The position numbers and the translations under genes were made by a program. 64,000 nucleotides of DNA from an uncultured Candidatus Saccharibacteria bacterium (GTDB lineage: Bacteria; Patescibacteriota; Minisyncoccia; 2-02-FULL-40-12; GWA2-44-9), in contig CAYHIK010000005.1 of NCBI GenBank assembly GCA_964356795.1, positions 10,767-74,766 on the forward strand, given 5' to 3'. This document shows positions 54,972 through 64,000 of this stretch, piece after piece. Position 1 is the stretch's first letter, and every line of letters starts with the position of its first letter. The notes beneath the pieces are model-generated. The model did no database searches, had not been told where the DNA came from, and saw only the letters and a program-made list of their open reading frames with translations.

Positions 54972-56708
54972 TTATGCGTGACTCGTAATTTCTTGATTGA
55001 GCATTGAGAGGAATGCCTCGATAGGCATTTGTCCCAAATCTTCGCCACCACGCTTTCGCACGGAGACGACGCCAGCTGCGATATCTTTATCGCCGATGAT
55101 GAGTGCGTAGGGGACTTTCATCGTCTCGGATGCACGAATCTTTTTTCCGATGGTGTCGTTGTCTGCGCGCACCTCTACGCGAATACCTGCAACCTTGAGC
55201 TCGCGTGCAATGCTCGCTGTGTGCTCGATGTGTTTCTCGGAGATAGGGAGTACGGAGACCTGCACGGGAGAGAGCCAGAGGGGGAATACGCCAGCGGTGT
55301 GCTCGATGAGGAGTGCCATGAATCGCTCAATTGAGCCCATGATAGCTGCGTGAATCATCACGATGCGTTCCTTCTCGCCCTTTTCATTTGCGCAGGTGAG
55401 ATCGAATCGCTCCGGCATGTTCATGTCGAGCTGGATGGTTGCGACCTGATGCTCTCGTCCGATGGCGTCTCGTCCCATGAAGTCTAGCTTCGGACCGTAG
55501 AATGCAGCCTCGCCGAGGCCGTCGAGTGCTTCAACTTGCTTATCTGCGATAATTGAGCGAAGGATGTCTTCTGCTGAATCCCAGTTGCTCGCATCACCAA
55601 GATACTTCTCAGGATGTGCCGGATCGCGGAGCGAAAGTCGAACTCGAAGCGGAATTTTGAACGCACCGTAGAACTCATGGATAATATCCCACACATGCAG
55701 GGCTTCCTCTTTCACTTGGTTCATTCGGCAGAAGACGTGTGCATCGTCCTGTGTAATTGAAAGGACTCGCGTGATACCAGAGAGCTCACCTGACTGCTCA
55801 TCGCGGTAGACCATTGTGGTGTTCGCGTAGCGCTGGGGGAGTTCACGATAGCTATGAGGGCGTCGTGCATAAATCTGCGTATGATGGGGGCAGTTCATCG
55901 GCTTCATCGCAAACTCATGCTTCTCGCGCGTGGTAATCTTGAACAAGTCGTCTTTGTATTTGTCCCAGTGGCCACTCTTCATGTAGAGCTCTTTTTTGGT
56001 GATGTGCGGAATTTCGACTCGCTCATATCCGCGTGCGCTTCGAAGTGACCACACGAAGTTGTCGAGAAGATTACGCACGAGCGTGCCCCGAGGCGTCCAG
56101 AGGGTGAGACCCGAGCCAATTAATTCGGAGAACGTGAAAAGGTCGAGCTGGATACCGAGCACTTTGTGGTCGCGCTTCTTCGCCTCTTCGAGCATAGTTG
56201 CGTGCTGTGTGAGCGATTCGGCAGTCTCGAATGCAAAGCCGTAGATGCGGGTGAGCATTTTGTTCTTCTCATCTCCGCGCCAGTATGCGCCCGCGAGCTT
56301 GTCGAGCTTGAATGAATTCGGATCTATCTCGGACGGATTCTCGACGTGGCCACCACGGCACAGGTCGGTGAACTCACCCGATGTGTAGAGGGTAATCTTC
56401 TCGCCCTTTGCTACGATTTCATCGACGAGCTCGAGTTTGTAGGGGTTATTGGCAAATACCTCGCGCGCTTCATCGGCGGAGACTTCTTTGTGTGCAAACT
56501 CCTTCCATGTGGGGAGCATCTTTTTCATCTCCGCTTCGATGGCGGGGAGCGCTTCATCAGAGATGGGGGACGAGAATTCGAAATCGTAGTAAAAGCCCGT
56601 ATCAATGGCAGGTCCAATTGTGCGCTTGGCATCGGGATACTGCTTAAGTACTGCTGCCGCGAGGAGGTGGGCAAGTGAATGCCGGATATGCTCGATATTC
56701 TGTGTCAT
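54972..56708 (-). CDS. thrS: Threonyl-tRNA synthetase
   Basis: RHSLAHLL, DLCRGGH, RDHK, KPMNCPHH, FYGPKLD, GSIERF. Confidence 0.98.
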   Translation of the reverse strand: MTQNIEHIRHSLAHLLAAAVLKQYPDAKRTIGPAIDTGFYYDFEFSSPISDEALPAIEAEMKKMLPTWKEFAHKEVSADEAREVFANNPYKLELVDEIVAKGEKITLYTSGEFTDLCRGGHVENPSEIDPNSFKLDKLAGAYWRGDEKNKMLTRIYGFAFETAESLTQHATMLEEAKKRDHKVLGIQLDLFTFSELIGSGLTLWTPRGTLVRNLLDNFVWSLRSARGYERVEIPHITKKELYMKSGHWDKYKDDLFKITTREKHEFAMKPMNCPHHTQIYARRPHSYRELPQRYANTTMVYRDEQSGELSGITRVLSITQDDAHVFCRMNQVKEEALHVWDIIHEFYGAFKIPLRVRLSLRDPAHPEKYLGDASNWDSAEDILRSIIADKQVEALDGLGEAAFYGPKLDFMGRDAIGREHQVATIQLDMNMPERFDLTCANEKGEKERIVMIHAAIMGSIERFMALLIEHTAGVFPLWLSPVQVSVLPISEKHIEHTASIARELKVAGIRVEVRADNDTIGKKIRASETMKVPYALIIGDKDIAAGVVSVRKRGGEDLGQMPIEAFLSMLNQEITSHA

Positions 56709-56789
56709 GGGCGCAGAATACCAGATATTGCGGCCAACGGAAAGCCCTATTGACATTGTATCAACTATATGATAATATTAATTCCAGTA

Positions 56790-56898
56790 GCACGCATAGG
56801 CGTCGGTCGCCCCGCGCGCCACGGGGCATCATTAGTAACCCTAGAACTCAGAGGAGGACAAGGGAATGGTGCCAGATCCCGGCAGTCCGCCGCGTGTG
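56790..56898 (+). ncRNA. Candidate structured ncRNA (6S-like irregular hairpin?)
   Basis: TTGACA-N17-TAATAT promoter, nested stems, strong terminator at 56899-56934. Confidence 0.55.
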
Positions 56899-56938
56899 AG
56901 CGGGAGTAGCAACGAATCGCTACTCCCGCTTTTTGTTT

Positions 56939-59900
56939 CTACGCCACAATAGCGATGGGCTTCGCGGTATCGCAGAGGAACTTCATCGAGCCGTCGCGGT
57001 TATCGATTTTGCCAGCCAGTACGACGACGGTATTTGGCGCCCACGCATTGGGCGTTTTTTCGAGCACGGAGGGGAAGACCACAACTTCAATCTTTGCGGA
57101 GAGATCTTCAATAACGGAGAAGAGCATCGGCTTGCCAGTTTTGGTGACGATGCGCTTGGTGCTGGTAACGATTCCTGCAATTTTTGCCTGTACTCCCTGG
57201 AGGGGTTTCAAATTTTTAATTGGAGTTGGCCGCTCAAGTGCAAGCCGCGCCTCATACTCTGAAAGTGGGTGATCGCTCACGTACAAGCCGATGAGTTCTT
57301 TTTCCCAGCGGAGGCGGTCGGGCTTGGTCGCTGGTTCGGCGAATGCGAGTTTCACGGGCGGGAGCTCCGCTTCCATGGCATCACCGAAGAGACTAACCTG
57401 CCCAGCGGTGGAGTGCCTCTGCTTTTCCTTCGCATGAAGTATGAGTGTGTCGACGTTCGCAACGAGCATTGCGCGCTCGCCCATTGAATCGAGTGCGCCA
57501 CATTTTGCGAGCGTCTCAAGGGCTTTGCGCGTCATGTCTTTGTGTTGGACGCGCGTGATGAGTTCATCGATGCCAGCAAACGGACCGCTCCCGCGTCGCT
57601 CCGTGATAATCGCTGATACGACAGTCGCTCCGATATTTTTAACCGCAGTTAGACCGAATCGAAGTGATGGCTTCTCAGCGCGCTGAATGACCGTGAAACG
57701 CTCAAAGCTTTCATTGATGTCGGGGGGTAAGACAGCGATTCCCATTTGGCGCGCCTCATCTACGAGAAATGCGATACGTTCGATGTCGCCCGTTTCCGAA
57801 TTCATGAATGCCGCCATGAATTCACTTGGATAATTTGCCTTCAAGTACGCGGTTTGATACGCAACCATCGCATAGCATGCGGCATGACTTCGGTTGAATG
57901 CATAGCGGTTGAACGGTTCGACGAGCTCCCAGAATTTATTCGCCACTGCTTCGGGGGTTCCCATGGTGGCGCATCCGCTTTTGAACTTTCCCTCTTGTTC
58001 GTCGAGAAGTGATTTAATCTTTTTCCCGACCGCTTTTCTCATGACGTCCGCTTCTGCGAGCGTGAATCCTGCGAGTGCGCGCACTGCTGCCATGAGTTGC
58101 TCTTGATACACCATGACGCCGTAGGTGTTCTTCATGATTGGTTCGAGCGCCGAATGGAGATACTCAACGCGTTGGCGACCGTGTTTGCGCTCGACGTAGT
58201 CGGGGATAAGGTCCATCGGGCCTGGGCGATACAGTGCGACCATTGCGATGATATCTTCGATATCGGTAGGTTTGAGCTCTTTGAGATATCGCTTCATGCC
58301 CGATGATTCGAGCTGGAATACGCCAGTGGTATTGGCGCGCTGAAGGAGTTTGAACGTGGGGGCGTCGTTGAGCGGTATTGTGTCGATGTTGACGTCGATG
58401 TCGTGGTTTTCGCGCACCATATTGAGCGTGTCTTCGATGATGGTGAGGTTTGCAAGCCCGAGGAAGTCCATCTTGAGGAGTCCCAAGTCTTCGACGGCGT
58501 GCATTTCGTATTGCGAGATGATGTCGCCTTCATGGGTGCCCTGCTGGAGGGGAACATAGTGCGAGAGCGGTTCGGGGGTAATCACAACTGCGCACGCGTG
58601 CGTGCTGGCGTGCCGCGCAACACCCTCGAGTTTGCACGCGGCATCAATGAGGGCCTTTGCTTGCGGATCTGATTGGTAGAGCTGTTTTACTTCATCTTGC
58701 GTCTCGACACAGTGGAGAAGGAATGGCTTCCCATCGCGTTTGCCGGGATAATCGGGCACGGGGCCGCCAGGAATGACTTTCGCAATCTTGTCGCAGAAGT
58801 CATAGGTGTATCCGAGCGCACGTCCTGCATCGCGGAGGCTTCCGCGTGCCGCCATTGTTCCGAATGTGATGATTTGAGCGACGTGGTCTGCTCCATATTT
58901 CTGGGATACGTATTTCAAGACCTCACCACGACGAGCGTCGGCGAAATCGAGGTCGATATCAGGCATCGAGATGCGAGCAGGATTGAGGAATCGCTCAAAC
59001 AGGAGGTTGTACTTGAGGGGGTCGACGTTGGTGATATTGAGAAGGAATGAGAGGAGTGAGCCGGCTGCAGATCCGCGTCCTGGCCCCACAAAGATGCCTT
59101 GTGACTTCGCCCAATTCACAAAGTCTTGCACAATGAGGAAGTAGCCCGAGAATCCCGTTTCCTTGATGACTCCGAGTTCGTATTCAAGTCGCTCGATGGT
59201 TGCCGAATCTGGTTCGACACCATATCGGCGTGTCAGTCCCTGATATGCAAGTGCCCGTACGTATTCAAATGCGTCAGTGTATTCCTTGGGGAGGGGGAAG
59301 CTTGGGAGTTGGAGCGTGCCAAGCTCGAGCTTCACATCGCATCGGTCGGCGATTGCGAGGGTGTTTGCGAATGATTCCTCGATGACATCCGCAGGGAGTG
59401 AGCTGAACTTTTCGCGCATAGTATCTCCTGAGCAGAATGAGAAATCATCTTGGTTCATGGAGAACCGCTTCTCATCGTGAATAGTGTTGCCCGTTTGCAC
59501 CGCAAGCAGAATGTCTTGCGCAGTGGCGTCCTCGGGCGTGCAGTAGTGAGAGTCTTGGGTGGCAACAAGCGGAATGCCGAGCTCTCGTGCGAGGGCCACG
59601 AGTTTCGGCGTCATTTCGTTTTGTTCGGGCATCTTGGTGTGCTGTTGGAGCTCGATGAAGAAATTTCCTTCTCCCATGATGTCGACGTATTCTCGGGCGA
59701 TTGTCTTCGCCTTATCTTCGGCGCCCACCATAAGTGCTTGAGATATTTCTCCTCCGAGACACGATGAGAGCGCGATGAGGCCATCGTGATGCTCGCGAAG
59801 AATTGCCTTATCGATGCGGGGCTTGTAGTAGAATCCTTCCAGATGCGCCGCAGTCACGAGCTTGATGAGATTGCGGTATCCCACCATGTCTTTGGCAAGC

Positions 59901-60181
59901 AAGATGAGGTGCCAGCGCTTGTCGCCATCGATACCTGGTTGTTTGTCGTGTCGAGATTTATCGGTGATATACATCTCGCATCCGATGATTGGCTTGATGC
60001 CGGCTTTGGTGGCTTTTTTGTAAAACTCAATCGCACCATACAGCACTCCATGATCGGTAAGTGCCATGGAGGTCATGCCATGCTCCTTGGCGCGCTTCAC
60101 GAGCGCGTCAATTTTGCTCAATCCATCGAGGAGCGAGTAGTGAGAGTGTGTGTGTAGGTGGACGAAGGGTGTGGCGGTCAT
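56939..60181 (-). CDS. dnaE: DNA polymerase III alpha subunit
   Basis: HLHTHSHYSLLDG, GRGSAAGS, MPDIDLDF, LKMDFLGL, YAFNRSHA. Confidence 0.98.
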   Translation of the reverse strand: MTATPFVHLHTHSHYSLLDGLSKIDALVKRAKEHGMTSMALTDHGVLYGAIEFYKKATKAGIKPIIGCEMYITDKSRHDKQPGIDGDKRWHLILLAKDMVGYRNLIKLVTAAHLEGFYYKPRIDKAILREHHDGLIALSSCLGGEISQALMVGAEDKAKTIAREYVDIMGEGNFFIELQQHTKMPEQNEMTPKLVALARELGIPLVATQDSHYCTPEDATAQDILLAVQTGNTIHDEKRFSMNQDDFSFCSGDTMREKFSSLPADVIEESFANTLAIADRCDVKLELGTLQLPSFPLPKEYTDAFEYVRALAYQGLTRRYGVEPDSATIERLEYELGVIKETGFSGYFLIVQDFVNWAKSQGIFVGPGRGSAAGSLLSFLLNITNVDPLKYNLLFERFLNPARISMPDIDLDFADARRGEVLKYVSQKYGADHVAQIITFGTMAARGSLRDAGRALGYTYDFCDKIAKVIPGGPVPDYPGKRDGKPFLLHCVETQDEVKQLYQSDPQAKALIDAACKLEGVARHASTHACAVVITPEPLSHYVPLQQGTHEGDIISQYEMHAVEDLGLLKMDFLGLANLTIIEDTLNMVRENHDIDVNIDTIPLNDAPTFKLLQRANTTGVFQLESSGMKRYLKELKPTDIEDIIAMVALYRPGPMDLIPDYVERKHGRQRVEYLHSALEPIMKNTYGVMVYQEQLMAAVRALAGFTLAEADVMRKAVGKKIKSLLDEQEGKFKSGCATMGTPEAVANKFWELVEPFNRYAFNRSHAACYAMVAYQTAYLKANYPSEFMAAFMNSETGDIERIAFLVDEARQMGIAVLPPDINESFERFTVIQRAEKPSLRFGLTAVKNIGATVVSAIITERRGSGPFAGIDELITRVQHKDMTRKALETLAKCGALDSMGERAMLVANVDTLILHAKEKQRHSTAGQVSLFGDAMEAELPPVKLAFAEPATKPDRLRWEKELIGLYVSDHPLSEYEARLALERPTPIKNLKPLQGVQAKIAGIVTSTKRIVTKTGKPMLFSVIEDLSAKIEVVVFPSVLEKTPNAWAPNTVVVLAGKIDNRDGSMKFLCDTAKPIAIVA

Positions 60182-60348
60182 GGCATAATAAAACCCCTCG
60201 TAAGGGGAATATGAAATTGGCAGGGGCGGCGGTCCATGGGGGCATTGTAGCCCTATGTGGCCGGGGGCTCAATGTTGACAGTGTGGGGATTGCAAATAAA
60301 TGTTTTTGTGGTATAACTTGTCTGTTCGTTTCACGAAAGGAGTCGACC

Positions 60349-60960
60349 ATGGTTTCCATGCTCGACGAAGACGCTCTGGCCTCTGTGGCTGGACCGCTCA
60401 AGACGTTTTTCGAACGACTCGCGGGAGATGATGGTGAGCAGTGGTTTGAGGGATTCAAGCGGTTCCTCCGCAAAGAGCGCCCCTGGCCACGTCCCAAAAT
60501 CTGGAGGCCTGTAACGCTCGGGCGCTACAAGACCCAACAAAAGCTCGCGGAGGCGCTCGGTACGCGTACTGGTGTGTATGCTGCTTCCATATTGAGCGTG
60601 ATGGCTGTCAGCCCCAAGAGGGTTGGAGTCGACATTGCCGTCATGTCTGGGCTCGACCTCGGAATCACCTGGGAAGCGCGCCGATCAGACATCTACGCAA
60701 AGGCATGGGGGTTTGGCTATCGTCCGTGTCCGGCAGAAGTCGGAGCTGTACTCGCCCTGAAGCACTACGGCAAGAAGACTTCACAGGTGGATCTTACGAT
60801 TGCCATGCAGCCGATCACCCTGCCGCATGCGGCACAGACGAGCTGGATTTTCCGAGTATTGGGTAATCCCAATGGCGTACAACTTCTCGGCAACTACGCG
60901 GACCCCGACGTTGGTTGGAGTCCGAGGACGCGCTGGGTGTTCATGGTGCCACGAGGCTAG
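60349..60960 (+). CDS. Hypothetical protein
   Basis: AAAGGAG SD; CPAEVG motif, C-terminal W....RWVF; terminator at about 60977-61009. Confidence 0.75.
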   Translation: MVSMLDEDALASVAGPLKTFFERLAGDDGEQWFEGFKRFLRKERPWPRPKIWRPVTLGRYKTQQKLAEALGTRTGVYAASILSVMAVSPKRVGVDIAVMSGLDLGITWEARRSDIYAKAWGFGYRPCPAEVGAVLALKHYGKKTSQVDLTIAMQPITLPHAAQTSWIFRVLGNPNGVQLLGNYADPDVGWSPRTRWVFMVPRG

Positions 60961-61143
60961 GTATTCAGTAGGCGTAGGGACGCTCACGCTTCGCGTGTGC
61001 GTCCTTTTTCATTCTATTGCATGAATTGTGCGGTATCTTGATTTTATAAATTTATATTGCATAATAATTTAGGTAGTGATGGACCCGTTTCGGGTACCCA
61101 AAGACCGCGGTCTTTGAAAACAAATGTCAGAAAGGAACTGCTG

Positions 61144-61899
61144 ATGGCTTCCCCAAAGAAGAAGACCAATCAGACTGTCCGCTCGGCGACCACTCGACAG
61201 CTCAAGCAGGTGTGGGCGCTTGCCCTACAAGCGTTTCCTGAGCGCCTCTCATGGCAACAGGCGCAGTACTGGATTGGGCATGGCTCCGAGTTGGGCGCAA
61301 AAATCCGCGCTATCTTCTCCGCCCCTGCTTCTCCCATCCCAAACTTCGATGCCCTCACGCCGTGGGTCAACTTCTACTGCGACGAGTTCGGCGTCGAGCT
61401 AGACCCCGCCACGGTCCACGTCCCAGATCCAAGGCCCGGCTTCGGCCAGCTGATCGTGGTTGTCCCCAGCATCACCGTCGAGCGTGTGCTCGAGCATTGT
61501 GGCAAGTACTTCAGGGTCTGGCGCTGGACCGACGCCAACCTCGACGAGTGCGTCGAATCCACCCGCAAGGCGGTCACGGCCCCGTACGCTGTCTGGGCGC
61601 GTTGCCGTATCGAAGCGGACTCGGAGCACCAGAACAAGTCCTACGACGTGCTTCAGCGGGAAGGCATCGTCGGTATCACCATTCTGGAGTACCTTCTCTA
61701 CCACCTAATCCATCTCCTCGTCATCTCCACGCATCTGGACCCCGCGACCGCTGTGCTCTGCACCGGGTCGTTGTATCGCGGTGGCGACGTTGCGCTCGCG
61801 GGCTGGAACGCCGACGACGGCGTGCTGTGCGTGGATCGGGACGGCCGTGACAGTACGGGCGGCATTGTGCGTGTGCGTGAGGTAGTTCCGATGCCGTAA
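61144..61899 (+). CDS. Hypothetical protein with CLec-like/DGR-target-like C-terminus
   Basis: GITILE, HLD..T..LC.GS...G.V..A.W......V............R.REVV; hairpin at 61905-61930. Confidence 0.7.
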   Translation: MASPKKKTNQTVRSATTRQLKQVWALALQAFPERLSWQQAQYWIGHGSELGAKIRAIFSAPASPIPNFDALTPWVNFYCDEFGVELDPATVHVPDPRPGFGQLIVVVPSITVERVLEHCGKYFRVWRWTDANLDECVESTRKAVTAPYAVWARCRIEADSEHQNKSYDVLQREGIVGITILEYLLYHLIHLLVISTHLDPATAVLCTGSLYRGGDVALAGWNADDGVLCVDRDGRDSTGGIVRVREVVPMP

Positions 61900-62016
61900 C
61901 CCTCGTCCCGCCATAATTCCATGGCGGGACGTTTTCTATTGCAAAACCAGTTGTTTCGTGGTACTATCAGTCGTCAGTTTTGCCCACACGGGAGTACTAA
62001 TATATACTGAAACGAA

Positions 62017-62241
62017 ATGGGAGTTCCACGACATCACATGGCCAAGGGCAAGCAACTGCGCCGTCGCAGTCACTTGGCATTAAAGAAGCAGTCCCTCACC
62101 GCATGCAGTCAGTGTAAGAAAATGATTAAGGCGCACATGGTGTGCAAGTATTGCGGCTTCTACAAGGGTCGCGAGGTGGTCAACGTTGTTGCCAAGCAGA
62201 TGAAGAAGGCAGAAAAGAAAAAGCAGCGGTCCGCGAAGTAA
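62017..62241 (+). CDS. rpmF: 50S ribosomal protein L32
   Basis: MGVP..H......RRRSH, CxxC..H.VC..CG.YKGR. Confidence 0.96.
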   Translation: MGVPRHHMAKGKQLRRRSHLALKKQSLTACSQCKKMIKAHMVCKYCGFYKGREVVNVVAKQMKKAEKKKQRSAK

Positions 62242-62272
62242 TTGTACGTTTCATTAGCTCTACTACAACGCT

Positions 62273-62791
62273 ATGGCATCTCGGCATCTAGCCCGATCGG
62301 TTGCGATGCAGTCCCTCTATGAGTGGGACTTCAAAGGTCGCAAGGATGAAGTTTTGCCAGGTATTTTGGAGCACATGATTAAAGAGTTCGGAGAGGGACT
62401 CGACGAGCCTGAGTTTATCTTACAGCTCGTCAAGGGAACACTTGAGCACGTGGAAGAAATTGATGCAATCATCGTGCGTGCCGCTCCACAGTGGCCGATT
62501 GATCAGATTGCCATGGTAGACCGCAACGTCTTGCGCCTCGGCCTCTATGAGCTCATGTGGGGCGATCGAGAAGCGGTACCACCCAAGGTTGCCATCAACG
62601 AAGCTATCGAGCTTGCGAAGTCGTTTGGCGGAGAGTCCAGCGGCCGCTTCATCAATGGTGTGTTGGGTACGGTATACAAGGAAATGGGAGAGCCCGGGAA
62701 AGATGATGCACCGCCTCGCGATACCAAAGAGGGCGGCGAGGTGAGTGAGGCACCAGTCACAGAGCCAGTAGAGCCCGTTATCGGAGAGTAA
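62273..62791 (+). CDS. nusB: Antitermination factor NusB
   Basis: RH.AR..AMQ.LY, DRNVLR, VAINEAIELAK.FG, FINGVLG. Confidence 0.97.
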   Translation: MASRHLARSVAMQSLYEWDFKGRKDEVLPGILEHMIKEFGEGLDEPEFILQLVKGTLEHVEEIDAIIVRAAPQWPIDQIAMVDRNVLRLGLYELMWGDREAVPPKVAINEAIELAKSFGGESSGRFINGVLGTVYKEMGEPGKDDAPPRDTKEGGEVSEAPVTEPVEPVIGE

Positions 62792-62866
62792 TAATTATTT
62801 TCTTGGCCATAGATCAGGCATGGTGGTTCCACCGTCGTGCATGCTGTGTGGCTGGGCATCAGAACG

Positions 62867-63571
62867 ATGTCGAATCAGTCGCTCGCGTCCTTACAGGAAC
62901 GCATTCAGTATACATTTAAAGATGTGAAGCTCTTGGAGCAAGCGGTCACGCACCGCTCATACCTCAACGAGCACCCGGATTTGCAAACAGGGCACAATGA
63001 ACGCCTTGAGTTTTTGGGTGACGCGGTGCTTGAGTTGGTAGTTACGGAGTATCTCTACGAGCACTATCCGTCGCACCCCGAAGGTGAGATGACGAACTGG
63101 CGCGCGGCACTCGTGAATGCAAACATGCTCTCGAGCATCACGAATGTATTTGATTTGAATGCCCACATGCTCCTCTCGCGCGGAGAGGCGCGTGATATGG
63201 GGAGAGCTCGCCAGTATATTTTGGCGAATGCGATTGAGGCGCTCATCGGTGCAATGTATTTGGATGGCGGATACGAGCCGTGCAAGCAATTCATTGGAGA
63301 GTTTGTGCTCATGCATCTGCCCGACATTATTTCAAAGCGTCTCTACCGAGACCCGAAGTCGCTTCTTCAAGAAGAGGCACAGGATCGCATCAGTGTGACG
63401 CCCACGTATCATGTGATGGAAGAGTGGGGGCCCGATCATGCGCGTCAATTTAAGATTGGAGTGTATCTGGGCAAAGAACTCGCAGGCGAGGGGCAGGGGG
63501 AGTCAAAGCAGGACGCCCAGCAGGCCGCCGCAGAGGACGCGCTCGCCAACAAGCATTGGGCAGGGAGATAA
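62867..63571 (+). CDS. rnc: Ribonuclease III
   Basis: THRSY, NERLEFLGDAVL, DPKS.LQE dsRBD. Confidence 0.97.
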   Translation: MSNQSLASLQERIQYTFKDVKLLEQAVTHRSYLNEHPDLQTGHNERLEFLGDAVLELVVTEYLYEHYPSHPEGEMTNWRAALVNANMLSSITNVFDLNAHMLLSRGEARDMGRARQYILANAIEALIGAMYLDGGYEPCKQFIGEFVLMHLPDIISKRLYRDPKSLLQEEAQDRISVTPTYHVMEEWGPDHARQFKIGVYLGKELAGEGQGESKQDAQQAAAEDALANKHWAGR

Positions 63572-63632
63572 TACGGCGCACGCCCGTACAGACTCTTGCC
63601 AGATTTCTGCTTATGTAGTAGGATAGTGCACT

Positions 63633-63920
63633 ATGTTGAAGATTCGACTACAGCGTATCGGAAAGAAAAAGCAGGCTCACTTCCGCATTGCGGTTATGGA
63701 GCACACCAAGAAGCCCCAGGGCGAATACTTGGAGTTGTTGGGCACCTATGATCCCCACGCAAAGGCGTTCAAGGTGGATCGTGAGCGCGTCGAGCACTTC
63801 ATGAAGAATGGAGCACAAATCAGCCCCACCGTGAACAACCTTATGGTGAACTACAAGGTGTGGGATCGGCCAAAGATGGAGAGCTGGAAGCCCAAGAAGA
63901 AAAAGGAAGAGGGTAAATAA
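63633..63920 (+). CDS. rpsP: 30S ribosomal protein S16
   Basis: MLKIRLQRIGKK, ELLGTYDP, GAQISPTV. Confidence 0.96.
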   Translation: MLKIRLQRIGKKKQAHFRIAVMEHTKKPQGEYLELLGTYDPHAKAFKVDRERVEHFMKNGAQISPTVNNLMVNYKVWDRPKMESWKPKKKKEEGK

Positions 63921-63929
63921 GGATGTCAT

Positions 63930-63957
63930 CAACAAGGAGCCATACGGCTCCTTGTTG
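63930..63957 (+). terminator. Terminator after rpsP
   Basis: CAACAAGGAGCC-atac-GGCTCCTTGTTG. Confidence 0.7.
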
Positions 63958-64000
63958 CTATAAATCCATGCAAATCCTCAAAATTGATTTAAGCGACGAC

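Noticed and set aside
56866-56952. SD-led 28-aa peptide MVPDPGSPPR...
   Set aside because: The ORF runs through the terminator and its start codon lies within a predicted stem; an ncRNA reading fits better.
56939-60181. Inteins in dnaE, gyrB or ileS
   Set aside because: No C/S...HN splice motifs; DnaE length is normal and the other insertions have different explanations.
63968-64000. ORF start MQILKIDLSDD at the window edge
   Set aside because: Only 11 codons are visible, so the product cannot be supported.

Overview
Bacterial chromosomal window whose gene content points to Patescibacteria/CPR, probably Parcubacteria (inference). The clues are a short IF-2, a compact comF/pilMNO-pilB-pilC-pilin-pilD cluster, alpha2-type GlyRS, an IleRS with an inserted enzyme domain, rplK without rplA and many leaderless genes. 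TGA is used as a stop codon. Housekeeping genes include xer, infB, ligA, gatCA/gatB, ileS, recO, glyQS, pheST, gyrB, secE-nusG-rplK, tmk, miaA, thrS, dnaE, rpmF, nusB, rnc and rpsP, plus six tRNAs. The main oddities are: (1) about nine stand-alone accessory genes sharing a promoter / boxA-like motif / Shine-Dalgarno / terminator layout while core genes are mostly leaderless; (2) a separately transcribed, non-canonical tRNA-Cys-like RNA; (3) a tRNA-Ser with the rare ACT anticodon; (4) integrase-less micro-islands bounded by tRNA 3'-end duplications; (5) a family of covarying structured non-coding elements and two ORF-less sRNA transcription units; (6) a gene ending in a DGR-variable-region-like segment. 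All calls come from reading the sequence; no database searches were run.
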